Of a stretch of 34,829 nucleotides of DNA, positions 8,145 through 16,903 are shown one piece after another. The position numbers and the translations under genes were made by a program. The notes below the pieces were generated by a model. It saw only the letters and a program-made list of their open reading frames with translations. It was not told the DNA's origin and ran no database searches. The stretch is from Actinomycetota bacterium. GTDB taxonomy: Bacteria > Actinomycetota > CADDZG01 > JAHWKV01 > JAOPZY01. Position 1 is the first letter of the stretch, and each line of letters starts with the position of its first letter. Where the stretch lies: assembly GCA_025963875.1 (NCBI GenBank), contig JAOPZY010000184.1, positions 1 to 34,829 on the forward strand, given 5' to 3'.

Positions 8145-8987
8145 ATGACGCAGCGTGCAGGGACCTCATCCGCCGGCAGGTCGACAAGCGTGCGAGACCC
8201 CGAGGCCGCCGACGCCGCACAGGTGGCACTGACCGGGCTCTGGCAGGAGTACAAGCTCTCCGCCTCGCCCCTTGCCCGGGACAAGCTCATCCTGCAGTAC
8301 TCGCCGCTGGTGAAGTACGTCGCCGGACGCGTCTCCACCGGGCTTCCCTCCAACATCGAACAGGCCGACCTGGTTTCCTACGGGATCTTCGGGCTCATCG
8401 ATGCCATCGAGAAGTTCGAACCCGGCAGGGGCAACAAGTTCGAGACCTACGCCATCAGCCGCATCCGCGGAGCGATCATCGACGAGCTCCGGGCAATCGA
8501 CTGGGTGCCCCGTTCCGTCCGGTACAAGGCTCGCGAGATCGAGAAGGCCATCGCCAAGCTCGAGACCGAGCACTCCCGGGTGCCCACCGACCCGGAGATC
8601 GCCCACCAGATGGGCATCAGCCTGGGCGACCTCCGCTCCCTCTACCAGCAGATCTCGTTCGTCTCGCTCGTCGCCCTCGACGAGCTCATGACGGTGGGTG
8701 GCGAGAAGGGCGACAGCCTGCCGCTGATCGAGACGCTCCAGGACACCGGCACGGCCGACCCGGTCGCCGCCTTCGAGTCGGAGGAGATGAAGCGGATCCT
8801 CCTCGAAGCCATCAACAAGCTCCCCGACCGGGAGAAGATCGTCGTGACCCTCTACTACTACGAGGGCCTGACCCTCGCCGAGATCGGGCAGGTCCTCGGC
8901 GTGACGGAGTCCCGCATCTGCCAGATGCACACCAAGGCGGTGCTGCAACTCCGAAGCCGGATGAGCGACAACAACCGCCGAGACTGA
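8145..8987 (+). CDS. whiG: FliA/WhiG family RNA polymerase sigma factor
   Basis: [100 protein letters not shown]; very like Streptomyces WhiG; SD ggggag; alternative ATG 8133. Confidence 0.93.
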   Translation: MTQRAGTSSAGRSTSVRDPEAADAAQVALTGLWQEYKLSASPLARDKLILQYSPLVKYVAGRVSTGLPSNIEQADLVSYGIFGLIDAIEKFEPGRGNKFETYAISRIRGAIIDELRAIDWVPRSVRYKAREIEKAIAKLETEHSRVPTDPEIAHQMGISLGDLRSLYQQISFVSLVALDELMTVGGEKGDSLPLIETLQDTGTADPVAAFESEEMKRILLEAINKLPDREKIVVTLYYYEGLTLAEIGQVLGVTESRICQMHTKAVLQLRSRMSDNNRRD

Positions 8988-9015
8988 CCCCCGGAGGGCC
9001 GCCCACCCCGCCTCC

Positions 9016-9078
9016 CCGGCGTTCTTTGGGTGCTGAGCGATGAAATGCATCGTTAACCACCCAAAGAACATCGCCCGG
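9016..9078. repeat. Long imperfect inverted repeat downstream of whiG (terminator-like hairpin)
   Basis: GTTCTTTGGGTG (9021-9032) / CACCCAAAGAAC (9058-9069) enclosing CGATG-aaatg-CATCG. Confidence 0.7.
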
Positions 9079-9266
9079 TGAGCCAGGTACGCCTGAATGC
9101 GAAGAGAAGGGCGCCTTTCTGATCCGGTGAGTGGCGCCCGTTGAGCAGCGGATCCAGCCTCTGGAGGCGACTCACCCGGCGAACGAGACTTGGACCGACG
9201 GAGGGTACGCCGGGTGGTGGGTTTCGGAGCCGCCAGAGGGCTGTGTCCGCTGCTCGCTTGGCGGAA

Positions 9267-9272
9267 TACAAT
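9267..9272 (+). promoter_or_regulatory. -10 element of the rpsB-tsf promoter
   Basis: TACAAT about 30 nt upstream of the rpsB leader motif. Confidence 0.55.
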
Positions 9273-9299
9273 GGGAGAAAGCACCATTCCGTAGTCATT

Positions 9300-9409
9300 C
9301 CACACGCTCAATGAACCCTTGGGTGCTCCGGGCCTGAACGGCTGGGGTCAAAACGTGAGCGGAGGGGCGGGGCCTGCAACAGGCTCCGCTGGAACCGAAA
9401 GGGGGCGGC
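9300..9409 (+). ncRNA. rpsB (S2) leader, t44-like autoregulatory element
   Basis: CACACGC...GGGTGC...TGGGGTC...GTGAGCGGAGG...AACC arrangement directly before rpsB, as in the t44/rpsB leader. Confidence 0.7.
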
Positions 9410-10438
9410 ATGGCCGTCGTAACCATGAAGCAGCTGCTGGAGTCGGGCGTCCATTTCGGGCACCAGACCCGGCGGTGGAACCCGAAGATGCGCCGCTACA
9501 TCTTCACGGAGCGCAGCGGGATCTACATCATCGACCTCCTGAAGACCCTGGAGGGCATCGAGCGCAGCTACACCTTCGTCCGGGACCTCACGTCGAAGGG
9601 CGGGACGGTGCTCTTCGTCGGCACGAAGAAGCAGATCGCCGACGCCATCGCCGACGAGGCGAAGCGGGTGGGGATGCCCTACGTGAACTACCGCTGGCTC
9701 GGCGGGATGCTCACCAACTTCCAGACCATGTACAAGCGGATCCGCCGCATGCGCGAGCTGGAGACGCAGGAGGCCCAGGGCATCTTCGAGGAGCTGCCCA
9801 AGAAGGAGGCCCTCCGGCTGCGCCGGGAGCTCGAGAAGCTGCAGAAGAACCTCGGCGGCATCGGCGACCTCACCCGTCGCCCCGACGCCATCTTCGTCAT
9901 CGACACCCGCAAAGAGGAGATCGCCGTCAAGGAGGCCCGCAAGCTCGGGGTCCCCATCATCGCGGTGGTCGACACGAACTGCGATCCCGACGTCGTGGAC
10001 TTCGTGATCCCCGGCAACGACGACGCCATCCGCTCGGGGTCGCTGCTGGCGAGGGTTATCGCCGACGCCGTCGCCGACGGCCTGGGGGCACGGCCCCCCG
10101 AGGTCATCGCCGCAGCCGAGGCGGCCGCCGCCTCGGGTGTGACCTACACAGCCGGTGGCGAGGAACCCCCGGCAGAGTGGGAGATCCAGCTGGCCCAGGA
10201 GGAGGCGGAGAAGGTCCGGCGGGCCAAGGAGGAGATGGTCCCCGAGGCCGGCGTAGCGCCGGAGGCCCCGGTGCAAGCCCCGCCGGCTGCGGTCCCGGCA
10301 CCCCCAGAAGAACCAGCAGAGGAAGAAGTCATCGAACCGCCCCGGCCCATCCTCATCGAGGAGGACATCCCGGGCGAAGACCTGGAGGAGGAGCTGAAGG
10401 TGATCTACAAGGACGAGGAGGAGGGGAGGCGGCGATGA
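9410..10438 (+). CDS. rpsB: 30S ribosomal protein S2 with long acidic C-terminal extension
   Basis: [56 protein letters not shown]. Confidence 0.98.
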   Translation: MAVVTMKQLLESGVHFGHQTRRWNPKMRRYIFTERSGIYIIDLLKTLEGIERSYTFVRDLTSKGGTVLFVGTKKQIADAIADEAKRVGMPYVNYRWLGGMLTNFQTMYKRIRRMRELETQEAQGIFEELPKKEALRLRRELEKLQKNLGGIGDLTRRPDAIFVIDTRKEEIAVKEARKLGVPIIAVVDTNCDPDVVDFVIPGNDDAIRSGSLLARVIADAVADGLGARPPEVIAAAEAAAASGVTYTAGGEEPPAEWEIQLAQEEAEKVRRAKEEMVPEAGVAPEAPVQAPPAAVPAPPEEPAEEEVIEPPRPILIEEDIPGEDLEEELKVIYKDEEEGRRR

Positions 10439-11079
10439 GCACCAACCCTCCTGACATCCCCATCAGCGCTTCGGACGTCAAGAAGCTGCGTGACGAGACC
10501 GGCGCCGGGATGATGGATTGCAAGCGCGCCCTCTCGGAGTCGAAGGGCGACGTCACCGCCGCCAAGGACCTGCTGCGGACCTGGGGCCTCGCCGGCGTCG
10601 AGAAGCGCAAGGCCCGCACGGCCTCCGATGGCCTCGTCGTGTCCTACCTGCACGAGGTGGGTGGCCTGCCGCCCAAGGTTGGCGTCCTGCTCGAGCTGGA
10701 CACCGAGACCGACTTCGTCGCCAAGACCCCCGATATCCGCCAGCTTGCCCGCAACCTGGCGATGCACGTCGCGGCCATGGAGCCGCGCTGGGTGTCGCGC
10801 GAGGACGTGCCCGAGGACTTCCTCGAGAGCGAGCGCAAGATCGTCGCGGCCTCCGACGAGGTCGCCCGCAAGCCCGAGAACATCCGGGAGAAGATCATCG
10901 AGGGCAAGGTGTCCTCGGTCCTCTCCGGCAAGGGCGGCGTGCTCCTCGAGCAGCCCTACGTGAAGGACGAGACCGGCAAGAAGAAGGTCGGGGACGTCGT
11001 CGCCGAGGCCGCCGCCACCATGAAGGAGAATCTGGTGGTGCGACGCTTCGCCCGCTTCCGGGTCGGCGAAGAGGACTAG
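10435..11079 (+). CDS. tsf: Elongation factor Ts (short form, 214 aa)
   Basis: [59 protein letters not shown] overlap with rpsB. Confidence 0.96.
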   Translation: MSTNPPDIPISASDVKKLRDETGAGMMDCKRALSESKGDVTAAKDLLRTWGLAGVEKRKARTASDGLVVSYLHEVGGLPPKVGVLLELDTETDFVAKTPDIRQLARNLAMHVAAMEPRWVSREDVPEDFLESERKIVAASDEVARKPENIREKIIEGKVSSVLSGKGGVLLEQPYVKDETGKKKVGDVVAEAAATMKENLVVRRFARFRVGEED

Positions 11080-11083
11080 CCGC

Positions 11084-11815
11084 ATGCCGGCTGCCTACCG
11101 GCGGGTCCTGCTCAAGCTCTCTGGCGAGATCTTCTCCGGGGCTGAGGGGGGCTTCGGCATCGATGCCGAGGTGGTGACCTCACTCGCCAAGCAGGTGGCC
11201 GAAGTCCAGGCCCTCGGGGTGGAGATCGCCGTCGTCGTGGGCGGGGGCAACATCTTCCGGGGCGCCCAGGCGTCCGCCATGGGCATGGAACGTGCCCGGG
11301 CGGACTACATGGGCATGCTCGCCACGGTGATCAACGCCCTTGCCCTCGCCGACGCCCTCGGGCAGATCGGGTCGGACTCACGCGTCCAGAGCGCCATCTG
11401 GATGCAGGAGGTCGCCGAGCCGTTCATCCGGGGCCGTGCAATCCGCCACCTGGAGAAGGGACGGATCGTGATCTTCGGCGGCGGCACCGGCAACCCTTAT
11501 TTCTCGACCGACACCGCGGCGTCGGTGCGGGCGCTGGAGATCGGCGCGGAGGCGATCCTGAAGGGCACCCACGTGGACGGGGTCTACGATGCCGATCCCA
11601 GGAAGAACCCCGACGCGAAGCGGTTCACCGACGTGGACTACATCGAGGTGCTCAGCCGGGGCTTGAAAGTGATGGATTCGACGGCGATCTCGTTATGTAT
11701 GGACAACGCGCTGCCGATCATTGTCTTTGACCTGACGGCCGGCGGGAACCTCCGGCGAGTGGTGATGGGAGAGGATGTCGGCACACGGGTCGGGATGCGG
11801 CGAGCAAGCGTTTGA
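11084..11815 (+). CDS. pyrH: UMP kinase
   Basis: [49 protein letters not shown]. Confidence 0.97.
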   Translation: MPAAYRRVLLKLSGEIFSGAEGGFGIDAEVVTSLAKQVAEVQALGVEIAVVVGGGNIFRGAQASAMGMERARADYMGMLATVINALALADALGQIGSDSRVQSAIWMQEVAEPFIRGRAIRHLEKGRIVIFGGGTGNPYFSTDTAASVRALEIGAEAILKGTHVDGVYDADPRKNPDAKRFTDVDYIEVLSRGLKVMDSTAISLCMDNALPIIVFDLTAGGNLRRVVMGEDVGTRVGMRRASV

Positions 11816-11825
11816 GGAGGCCGGG

Positions 11826-12386
11826 ATGGCAGACAGCCAGCAGATCAAGGAAGCCGAGGACAAGATGGGCAAGGCAGTGCATGCCTGCCGGGAGGAACTG
11901 GCCGTGATCCGCACCGGCCGGGCCTCGCCGAAGCTGGTCGAGCACCTCCAGGTCGAGTACTACGGCTCCAAGGTGCCCCTCAACCAGATCGCCGGGATTT
12001 CCGTGCCGGAGGCCCGCCAGCTCGTCATCACGCCGTATGACCGCAACGCCCTGAGCCCCATCGAGAAGGCCATCAATGCCTCGGAGCTGGGCATCAACCC
12101 GTCCAACGACGGGACCATCATCCGCCTCAGCTTCCCGCCGCTCACCCAGGACCGGCGCAAGGAGCTCATCAAGGTGGCCAGGGAGCGGGCCGAGGAGGGC
12201 AAGGTGGCCGTGCGCAACGTGCGCCGCCACGTCAAGGACGAGATGGAGCACCTGGAGCGGGACGGTCAGATGTCCGAAGACGACCTCCGCCGCCAGGAGA
12301 AGGACCTCCAGCGGGTCACCGACCACAACGTCGCCGAGATCGACGAGGTGCTGGCCGCCAAGGAACGGGAGTTGCTCGAAGTCTGA
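11826..12386 (+). CDS. frr: Ribosome recycling factor
   Basis: IRTGRASP, VEYYG, NPSNDG..IR..FPPLT.DRRKEL, AVRNVRR; SD gaggagg. Confidence 0.97.
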   Translation: MADSQQIKEAEDKMGKAVHACREELAVIRTGRASPKLVEHLQVEYYGSKVPLNQIAGISVPEARQLVITPYDRNALSPIEKAINASELGINPSNDGTIIRLSFPPLTQDRRKELIKVARERAEEGKVAVRNVRRHVKDEMEHLERDGQMSEDDLRRQEKDLQRVTDHNVAEIDEVLAAKERELLEV

Positions 12387-12431
12387 GGGCGCCCCGCGCG
12401 GTACGTCCGGCGTCGAAAAGGAAAACCCGTC

Positions 12432-13271
12432 ATGGCTGGTCGCAAGATGCGTGGTCACAAGAGCAACGGAAAGAAACCCGACCTGAAGGTGCGCCTCCTC
12501 ACGGGTGGCGTTCTGGTGGTCGTCGCCGGGACGCTCGCCTACCTCGGGTCCTTGGCGCTGCTCGCGCTGGTCCTCGTCCTCGTGCTCGTCGCCCAGGGCG
12601 AGTTCTACATGGCGGTCAGCAGGGCCGGCCACCGCCCGGCCACCTCGCTCGGCCTCGTCGCCGGGGCCACCCTGCTCATCGCGGCCTACCGCCGGGGTGT
12701 GGGATCGGTGCCGGTCGTCCTGTTCCTCACGCTGGCCCTGGCCTTCGTCTGGCACGCCTGGGGGAGGGGAAAGGACAAGGCGCTCGCCGACCTGGCCGTG
12801 ACCATCCTCGGCGTCGCCTACGTCCCGCTCCTGGCCAGCTTCGCCGCCGCCGCGCTCAGCCGCCACGACGGGCGGGCCGTGGTACTGGCCACGATCGGGG
12901 CAGCCGCCGCCTACGACATCTTCGCCTACCTCGGGGGCCGCACGTGGGGCCGGAGGCCACTCGCCCCCAGGATCTCGCCTGGCAAGACCCGGGAGGGGGC
13001 CCTCATCGCCAGCGCCGGTGTCGTCGTCGCCACCGCGGCCGTCGCCCCGCTGGTCGGACCATGGAACATTGGCGAGGCGGCCGTGCTCGGCGCCCTCGTC
13101 TGCATCGTCGCCCCGCTGGGCGACCTGTTCGAGTCCGTGCTGAAGCGGGACCTGGGGCTCAAGGACATGGGGGCGATCCTGCCCGGCCACGGAGGCGTGC
13201 TCGACCGGATCGATGCCATCCTGTTCTGCGTGCCTGCCTCCTACTTTTCGTTGCGGCTCTTCGGGCTGTGA
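12432..13271 (+). CDS. cdsA: Phosphatidate cytidylyltransferase
   Basis: Multi-TM; DIFAY.GG..WG...LAPRISPGKTREG; GDLFES.LKRD.G.KDMG.ILPGHGGVLDRID. Confidence 0.95.
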   Translation: MAGRKMRGHKSNGKKPDLKVRLLTGGVLVVVAGTLAYLGSLALLALVLVLVLVAQGEFYMAVSRAGHRPATSLGLVAGATLLIAAYRRGVGSVPVVLFLTLALAFVWHAWGRGKDKALADLAVTILGVAYVPLLASFAAAALSRHDGRAVVLATIGAAAAYDIFAYLGGRTWGRRPLAPRISPGKTREGALIASAGVVVATAAVAPLVGPWNIGEAAVLGALVCIVAPLGDLFESVLKRDLGLKDMGAILPGHGGVLDRIDAILFCVPASYFSLRLFGL

Positions 13272-14494
13272 TGAGCGACATCGATGACTACGGGGACGAT
13301 CTCTTCGGGGACGCCCCAGAGCCGGTGTCCGTGGCGATCCTCGGCTCGACAGGGTCCATCGGTACCCAGGCTCTCGAGGTCGTCCGGGCCCATCCCGACC
13401 GCTTCAAGGTGACGGCCCTCACCGCCCACTCCGACGGCGACACCCTCCTCGCCCAGGCAAAGGAATTCGATGTCCCCCTGCTCGGCCTCACGGCGGGCGG
13501 GATGGAAGCGCCGGCCGGAACGACCCTCGTGGATGGGTCCATGGCGTCGGCCGAGGTGGCCGAGGCCGCCGAGGCGTCCGTCGTGCTCAATGCCGTGGTC
13601 GGGGCCGCCGGCCTGCAGGCCACGCTGGCGACGCTGCGGGCGGGCAAGACGCTCGCCCTCGCCAACAAGGAGAGCCTGGTGGCCGCCGGCGAGCTGGTGA
13701 TGGCCAAGGCAGGCCCGGGCCAGATCCGGCCGGTTGACAGCGAGCATTCAGCTCTGTGGCAGCTGCTCCACAGCATCGCACCCGATCAGGTACGGAGGGC
13801 CCTCGTCACGGGGAGCGGGGGACCGTTCCGGGGCCGCACCCGGGAAGATCTCGGTAACGTGGATGTGCAACAGGCGCTGGCCCATCCCGTGTGGGCTATG
13901 GGGCCGAAGATCACCGTGGACTCTTCGACGTTGATGAACAAGGGGCTCGAGGTCATCGAAGCGCACTTTCTGTTCGGCTTCACCTACGACGAGATCGACG
14001 TCGTCATCCATCCCCAGGGGACGGTCCATGCCTTGGTGGAGACGGTGGACGGCGCCGTCTTCGTCCATGCGGCGCCGCCCGACATGCGCCTGCCCATCCA
14101 GCTCGCCCTCGCCTGGCCGGACCGCCTCGGCGCCCCCGGCGGCAAACGGCTCGACTGGGCCACCCTGGGGACGCTGACCTTCGAGCCACCGGATACCGAC
14201 ACCTTCCGTTGCCTTGCCCTCGCCTATCAGGCGGCCCGCCTGGGCGACACCTATCCCGCCGTGCTGAACGCCGCCAACGAGGTGGCCGTGGGAGCATTCC
14301 TCGACGGCCGGCTCGCGTACCTCGGCATCCCCGATGTGGTCGAGCGGGTGCTCGACGCCCACGAGCCCATTGCCCCGAGCCTCGAGGGGGTCCTCGAGGT
14401 GGACGCGTGGGCGCGGGGACAGGCGTCGGCCATCATTGCCACCAGGGGCCCCTCAAGGCCCCGGATCGACCCAGGATCGGGGGCAACCCGGTGA
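13271..14494 (+). CDS. dxr: 1-deoxy-D-xylulose 5-phosphate reductoisomerase
   Basis: ILGSTGSIGTQALEV, LALANKESLV, PVDSEHSA, HP.W.MG.KIT.DS.TLMNKGLEVIEA, PDMRLPI, NAANEVAV; TGATG overlap with cdsA. Confidence 0.97.
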   Translation: MSDIDDYGDDLFGDAPEPVSVAILGSTGSIGTQALEVVRAHPDRFKVTALTAHSDGDTLLAQAKEFDVPLLGLTAGGMEAPAGTTLVDGSMASAEVAEAAEASVVLNAVVGAAGLQATLATLRAGKTLALANKESLVAAGELVMAKAGPGQIRPVDSEHSALWQLLHSIAPDQVRRALVTGSGGPFRGRTREDLGNVDVQQALAHPVWAMGPKITVDSSTLMNKGLEVIEAHFLFGFTYDEIDVVIHPQGTVHALVETVDGAVFVHAAPPDMRLPIQLALAWPDRLGAPGGKRLDWATLGTLTFEPPDTDTFRCLALAYQAARLGDTYPAVLNAANEVAVGAFLDGRLAYLGIPDVVERVLDAHEPIAPSLEGVLEVDAWARGQASAIIATRGPSRPRIDPGSGATR

Positions 14495-15639
14495 GCGGCG
14501 GCGCAATCGGAGTCCTGCTGTTCGTCGCCACCCTGGTCGTCATGGTCATGATCCACGAGGCGGGCCACATGACTGCGGCCCGCGTCTTCGGGATGAAGGT
14601 CGAGGAATACTTCTTCGGGTTCGGCCCCCGCATCTTCTCGTTCCGCCGGGGTGAGACCGAGTACGGGATGAAGGCCATCCCCGCCGGCGGCTACGTGAAG
14701 ATCGCCGGGATGAACCCCTACCAGACGGTCCCCGAGTCGGAGCGGTCGAGGACCTTCGGGGCCAAGCCCGCCTGGCAGCGGGCCATCGTCCTGGTGGCCG
14801 GCTCCGCCACCCACTTCGTCGTGGCCGTGATCCTGTTGACCTTCTCATTCGCCGTCCTCGGCCGCCCGGGCAACCCGACGACAACCCTGCAGTCGGTCTC
14901 CGCCACGTCGACCCAGCTCCACGGCGTCCCCGGCCCGGCCGAGAAGGCGGGCATCAAGGCCGGCGACCGCATCGTCGGCATCGACGGCAATGTCATCAGC
15001 AGATGGGAAGACCTGCAGACCTACATCAAGGCACGCCCCGGGACGCCCGTGGCGGTCAAGGTCGACCGGGGTGGCAAGCTGCTCACCTTCACCGTGACGC
15101 CGGAACAGGTCACGGACGCCAACAACCATCCCGTCGGACGCATCGGTGTCTCCCCGGCCATCGCCCAGAACAAGGAGTCACTCCCGGTGGCAGCCTGGGA
15201 TGGGGTGAAGGGCGTCGGTTCGCTCATCGTGGCCTCCGTGCAGGGGATCGTCCATCTCTTCTCGCCCTCCGGCATCGGGCAGGTGCTGTCGTCGGTCACC
15301 CGCTCCCAGGCGGCCCGAGGCTCGGGGGGTCAGTCGGCGGTGGGACTTGTGGGTGGCGCGCGCCTGGCGGGCCAGGCCGTCGAGACCGGGCAGTCGCAGT
15401 CCCTCGTGGGGCTCCTCGCCCTGTTCATCGTCTTCCTCGGCGTCCTGAACCTGGCACCGTTGCCCCCGCTGGACGGCGGCCACCTGGCGGTCCTGGCCAT
15501 CGAGAAGATCCGGGGCCAGCCGGTCGACCCCCGCAAGGTCGTGCCCGTCGCCGCGTTCGTGCTGAGCCTCATCGTGGTGCTGGCGGTGGCCGTGATGTAT
15601 GCCGACATCGTGCATCCGGCCGCCAACCCGTTCCAGTAG
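14491..15639 (+). CDS. rseP: RIP metalloprotease RseP/Rip1 (M50) with PDZ domain
   Basis: IHEAGH, GFGP, IPAGGYVKIAGM, PAEKAGIKAGDRIV (PDZ), NLAPLPPLDGGH; GTGA overlap. Confidence 0.94.
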   Translation: MSGGAIGVLLFVATLVVMVMIHEAGHMTAARVFGMKVEEYFFGFGPRIFSFRRGETEYGMKAIPAGGYVKIAGMNPYQTVPESERSRTFGAKPAWQRAIVLVAGSATHFVVAVILLTFSFAVLGRPGNPTTTLQSVSATSTQLHGVPGPAEKAGIKAGDRIVGIDGNVISRWEDLQTYIKARPGTPVAVKVDRGGKLLTFTVTPEQVTDANNHPVGRIGVSPAIAQNKESLPVAAWDGVKGVGSLIVASVQGIVHLFSPSGIGQVLSSVTRSQAARGSGGQSAVGLVGGARLAGQAVETGQSQSLVGLLALFIVFLGVLNLAPLPPLDGGHLAVLAIEKIRGQPVDPRKVVPVAAFVLSLIVVLAVAVMYADIVHPAANPFQ

Positions 15640-15692
15640 GAGGCGCCACCAACGATACGCCCGCCTCCGGCGGTCCCTGAAGGCCGAACGGG

Positions 15693-15733
15693 TATAGTTC
15701 CCGCGCGAAAAGGTTCGACCGCGAAAAGGTCGA
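15693..15733 (+). promoter_or_regulatory. gap promoter -10 followed by tandem direct repeat
   Basis: TATAGT 15693-15698; CGCGAAAAGGTTCGA (15704-15718) and CGCGAAAAGGTCGA (15720-15733). Confidence 0.55.
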
Positions 15734-15756
15734 AAATGCGGGCGTCGGGAGGCTCT

Positions 15757-16779
15757 ATGACTGTGCGAATCGGTATCAACGGGTTTGGACGTATCGGTCG
15801 CAACTTCACCAGGGCGGTCCTCAAGCGCCCTGATTCTGGTGTCGAGCTGGTGGCGGTGAACGACCTGAGCGACGCCGCGGTGCTCGCCCACCTGCTGCAC
15901 TACGACACGGTCCTCGGCCCTCTGGAAGGCGTCAGGGTCACCGACGACGGCATCGAGGTCGGTTCGTCGACGATCAAGGTGCTGGCGGAGCGGGACCCGG
16001 GGGCGCTCCCCTGGAAAGAGCTCGGCGTCGACGTCGTCGTCGAGTCCACCGGCATCTTCACCGACCGGGCAGGCGCATCGAAGCACCTCGAGGCCGGGGC
16101 CCAGAAGGTCATCATCTCGGCCCCCGCCACCGACCCCGACATCACCATCGTCATGGGGGTCAACGACGACCAGTACGACGCCGCCGAGCACAACATCATC
16201 TCGAACGCCTCCTGCACGACGAACTCGGTGGTCCCGATGGCCAAGGTCCTCCTCGACAACTTCGGCATCGACCACGGGCTCATGACCACCGTCCACGCCT
16301 ACACCACCGAGCAGCAGCTCCAGGACCAGGTCGCCGTCACCCGCAAGGGCAAGCCGGACCTGCGCCGGATGCGCTCCGGTGCCCTCAACATCGTGCCGGC
16401 CTCGACCGGCGCCGCCAAGGCGGCGTCGCTGGTCCTGCCGGAGCTGAAGGGCAAGCTCCACGGCATGGCCCTGCGGGTGCCGATTCCCGTCGGCAGCGTC
16501 ACCGACCTCGTCGTCGAGCTCGAGCGGCCGGCGACGGCCGAGGACGTCAACAACGCCTTCAAGGAGGCGGCCGACTCCGACCGGATGCGGGGGATCCTCG
16601 TCTACACCGAGGACCCCATCGTCTCCTCGGACATCGTGGGCAACCCGGCCTCGTGCACGATCGATGGCCTCGTCACGATGGGCATCGGCGGGAACATGGT
16701 GAAGGTCCTGGGCTGGTACGACAACGAGTGGGGTTACTCCAACCGCATCATCGATCTCATCCGCCTCATCGCCCCGTGA
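15757..16779 (+). CDS. gap: Type I glyceraldehyde-3-phosphate dehydrogenase
   Basis: MTVRIGINGFGRIGR, ESTGIFT, NASCTTN, MTTVHAYT, STGAAKA, WYDNEWGYSNR; SD ggagg. Confidence 0.98.
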   Translation: MTVRIGINGFGRIGRNFTRAVLKRPDSGVELVAVNDLSDAAVLAHLLHYDTVLGPLEGVRVTDDGIEVGSSTIKVLAERDPGALPWKELGVDVVVESTGIFTDRAGASKHLEAGAQKVIISAPATDPDITIVMGVNDDQYDAAEHNIISNASCTTNSVVPMAKVLLDNFGIDHGLMTTVHAYTTEQQLQDQVAVTRKGKPDLRRMRSGALNIVPASTGAAKAASLVLPELKGKLHGMALRVPIPVGSVTDLVVELERPATAEDVNNAFKEAADSDRMRGILVYTEDPIVSSDIVGNPASCTIDGLVTMGIGGNMVKVLGWYDNEWGYSNRIIDLIRLIAP

Positions 16780-16795
16780 AGCCTGACCTTTTCCA

Positions 16796-16887
16796 CTCGT
16801 GGCCCGCTCCCTCGGACCGTCCCACGAGCCAGGGGGGATTCGCAGCTTGTCGCCTCGCTGCGCTCGGCGGCTGCTACTCCCCCCTGG
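16796..16887. repeat. Two tandem hairpins; second is a REP-like palindrome
   Basis: CTCGTGG/CCACGAG (16796-16828); CCAGGGGGGA/TCCCCCCTGG (16829-16887) with inner GCAGC/GCTGC and TCGCTGCGCTC loop. Confidence 0.65.
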
Positions 16888-16903
16888 ACCCCCCTGACGC
16901 CCG

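Noticed and set aside
9319..10434. 586 aa ORF suggesting an extended or frameshift-fused tsf
   Set aside because: The upstream part is an Arg/Gly-rich off-frame of rpsB; tsf has its own SD and ATGA-coupled start
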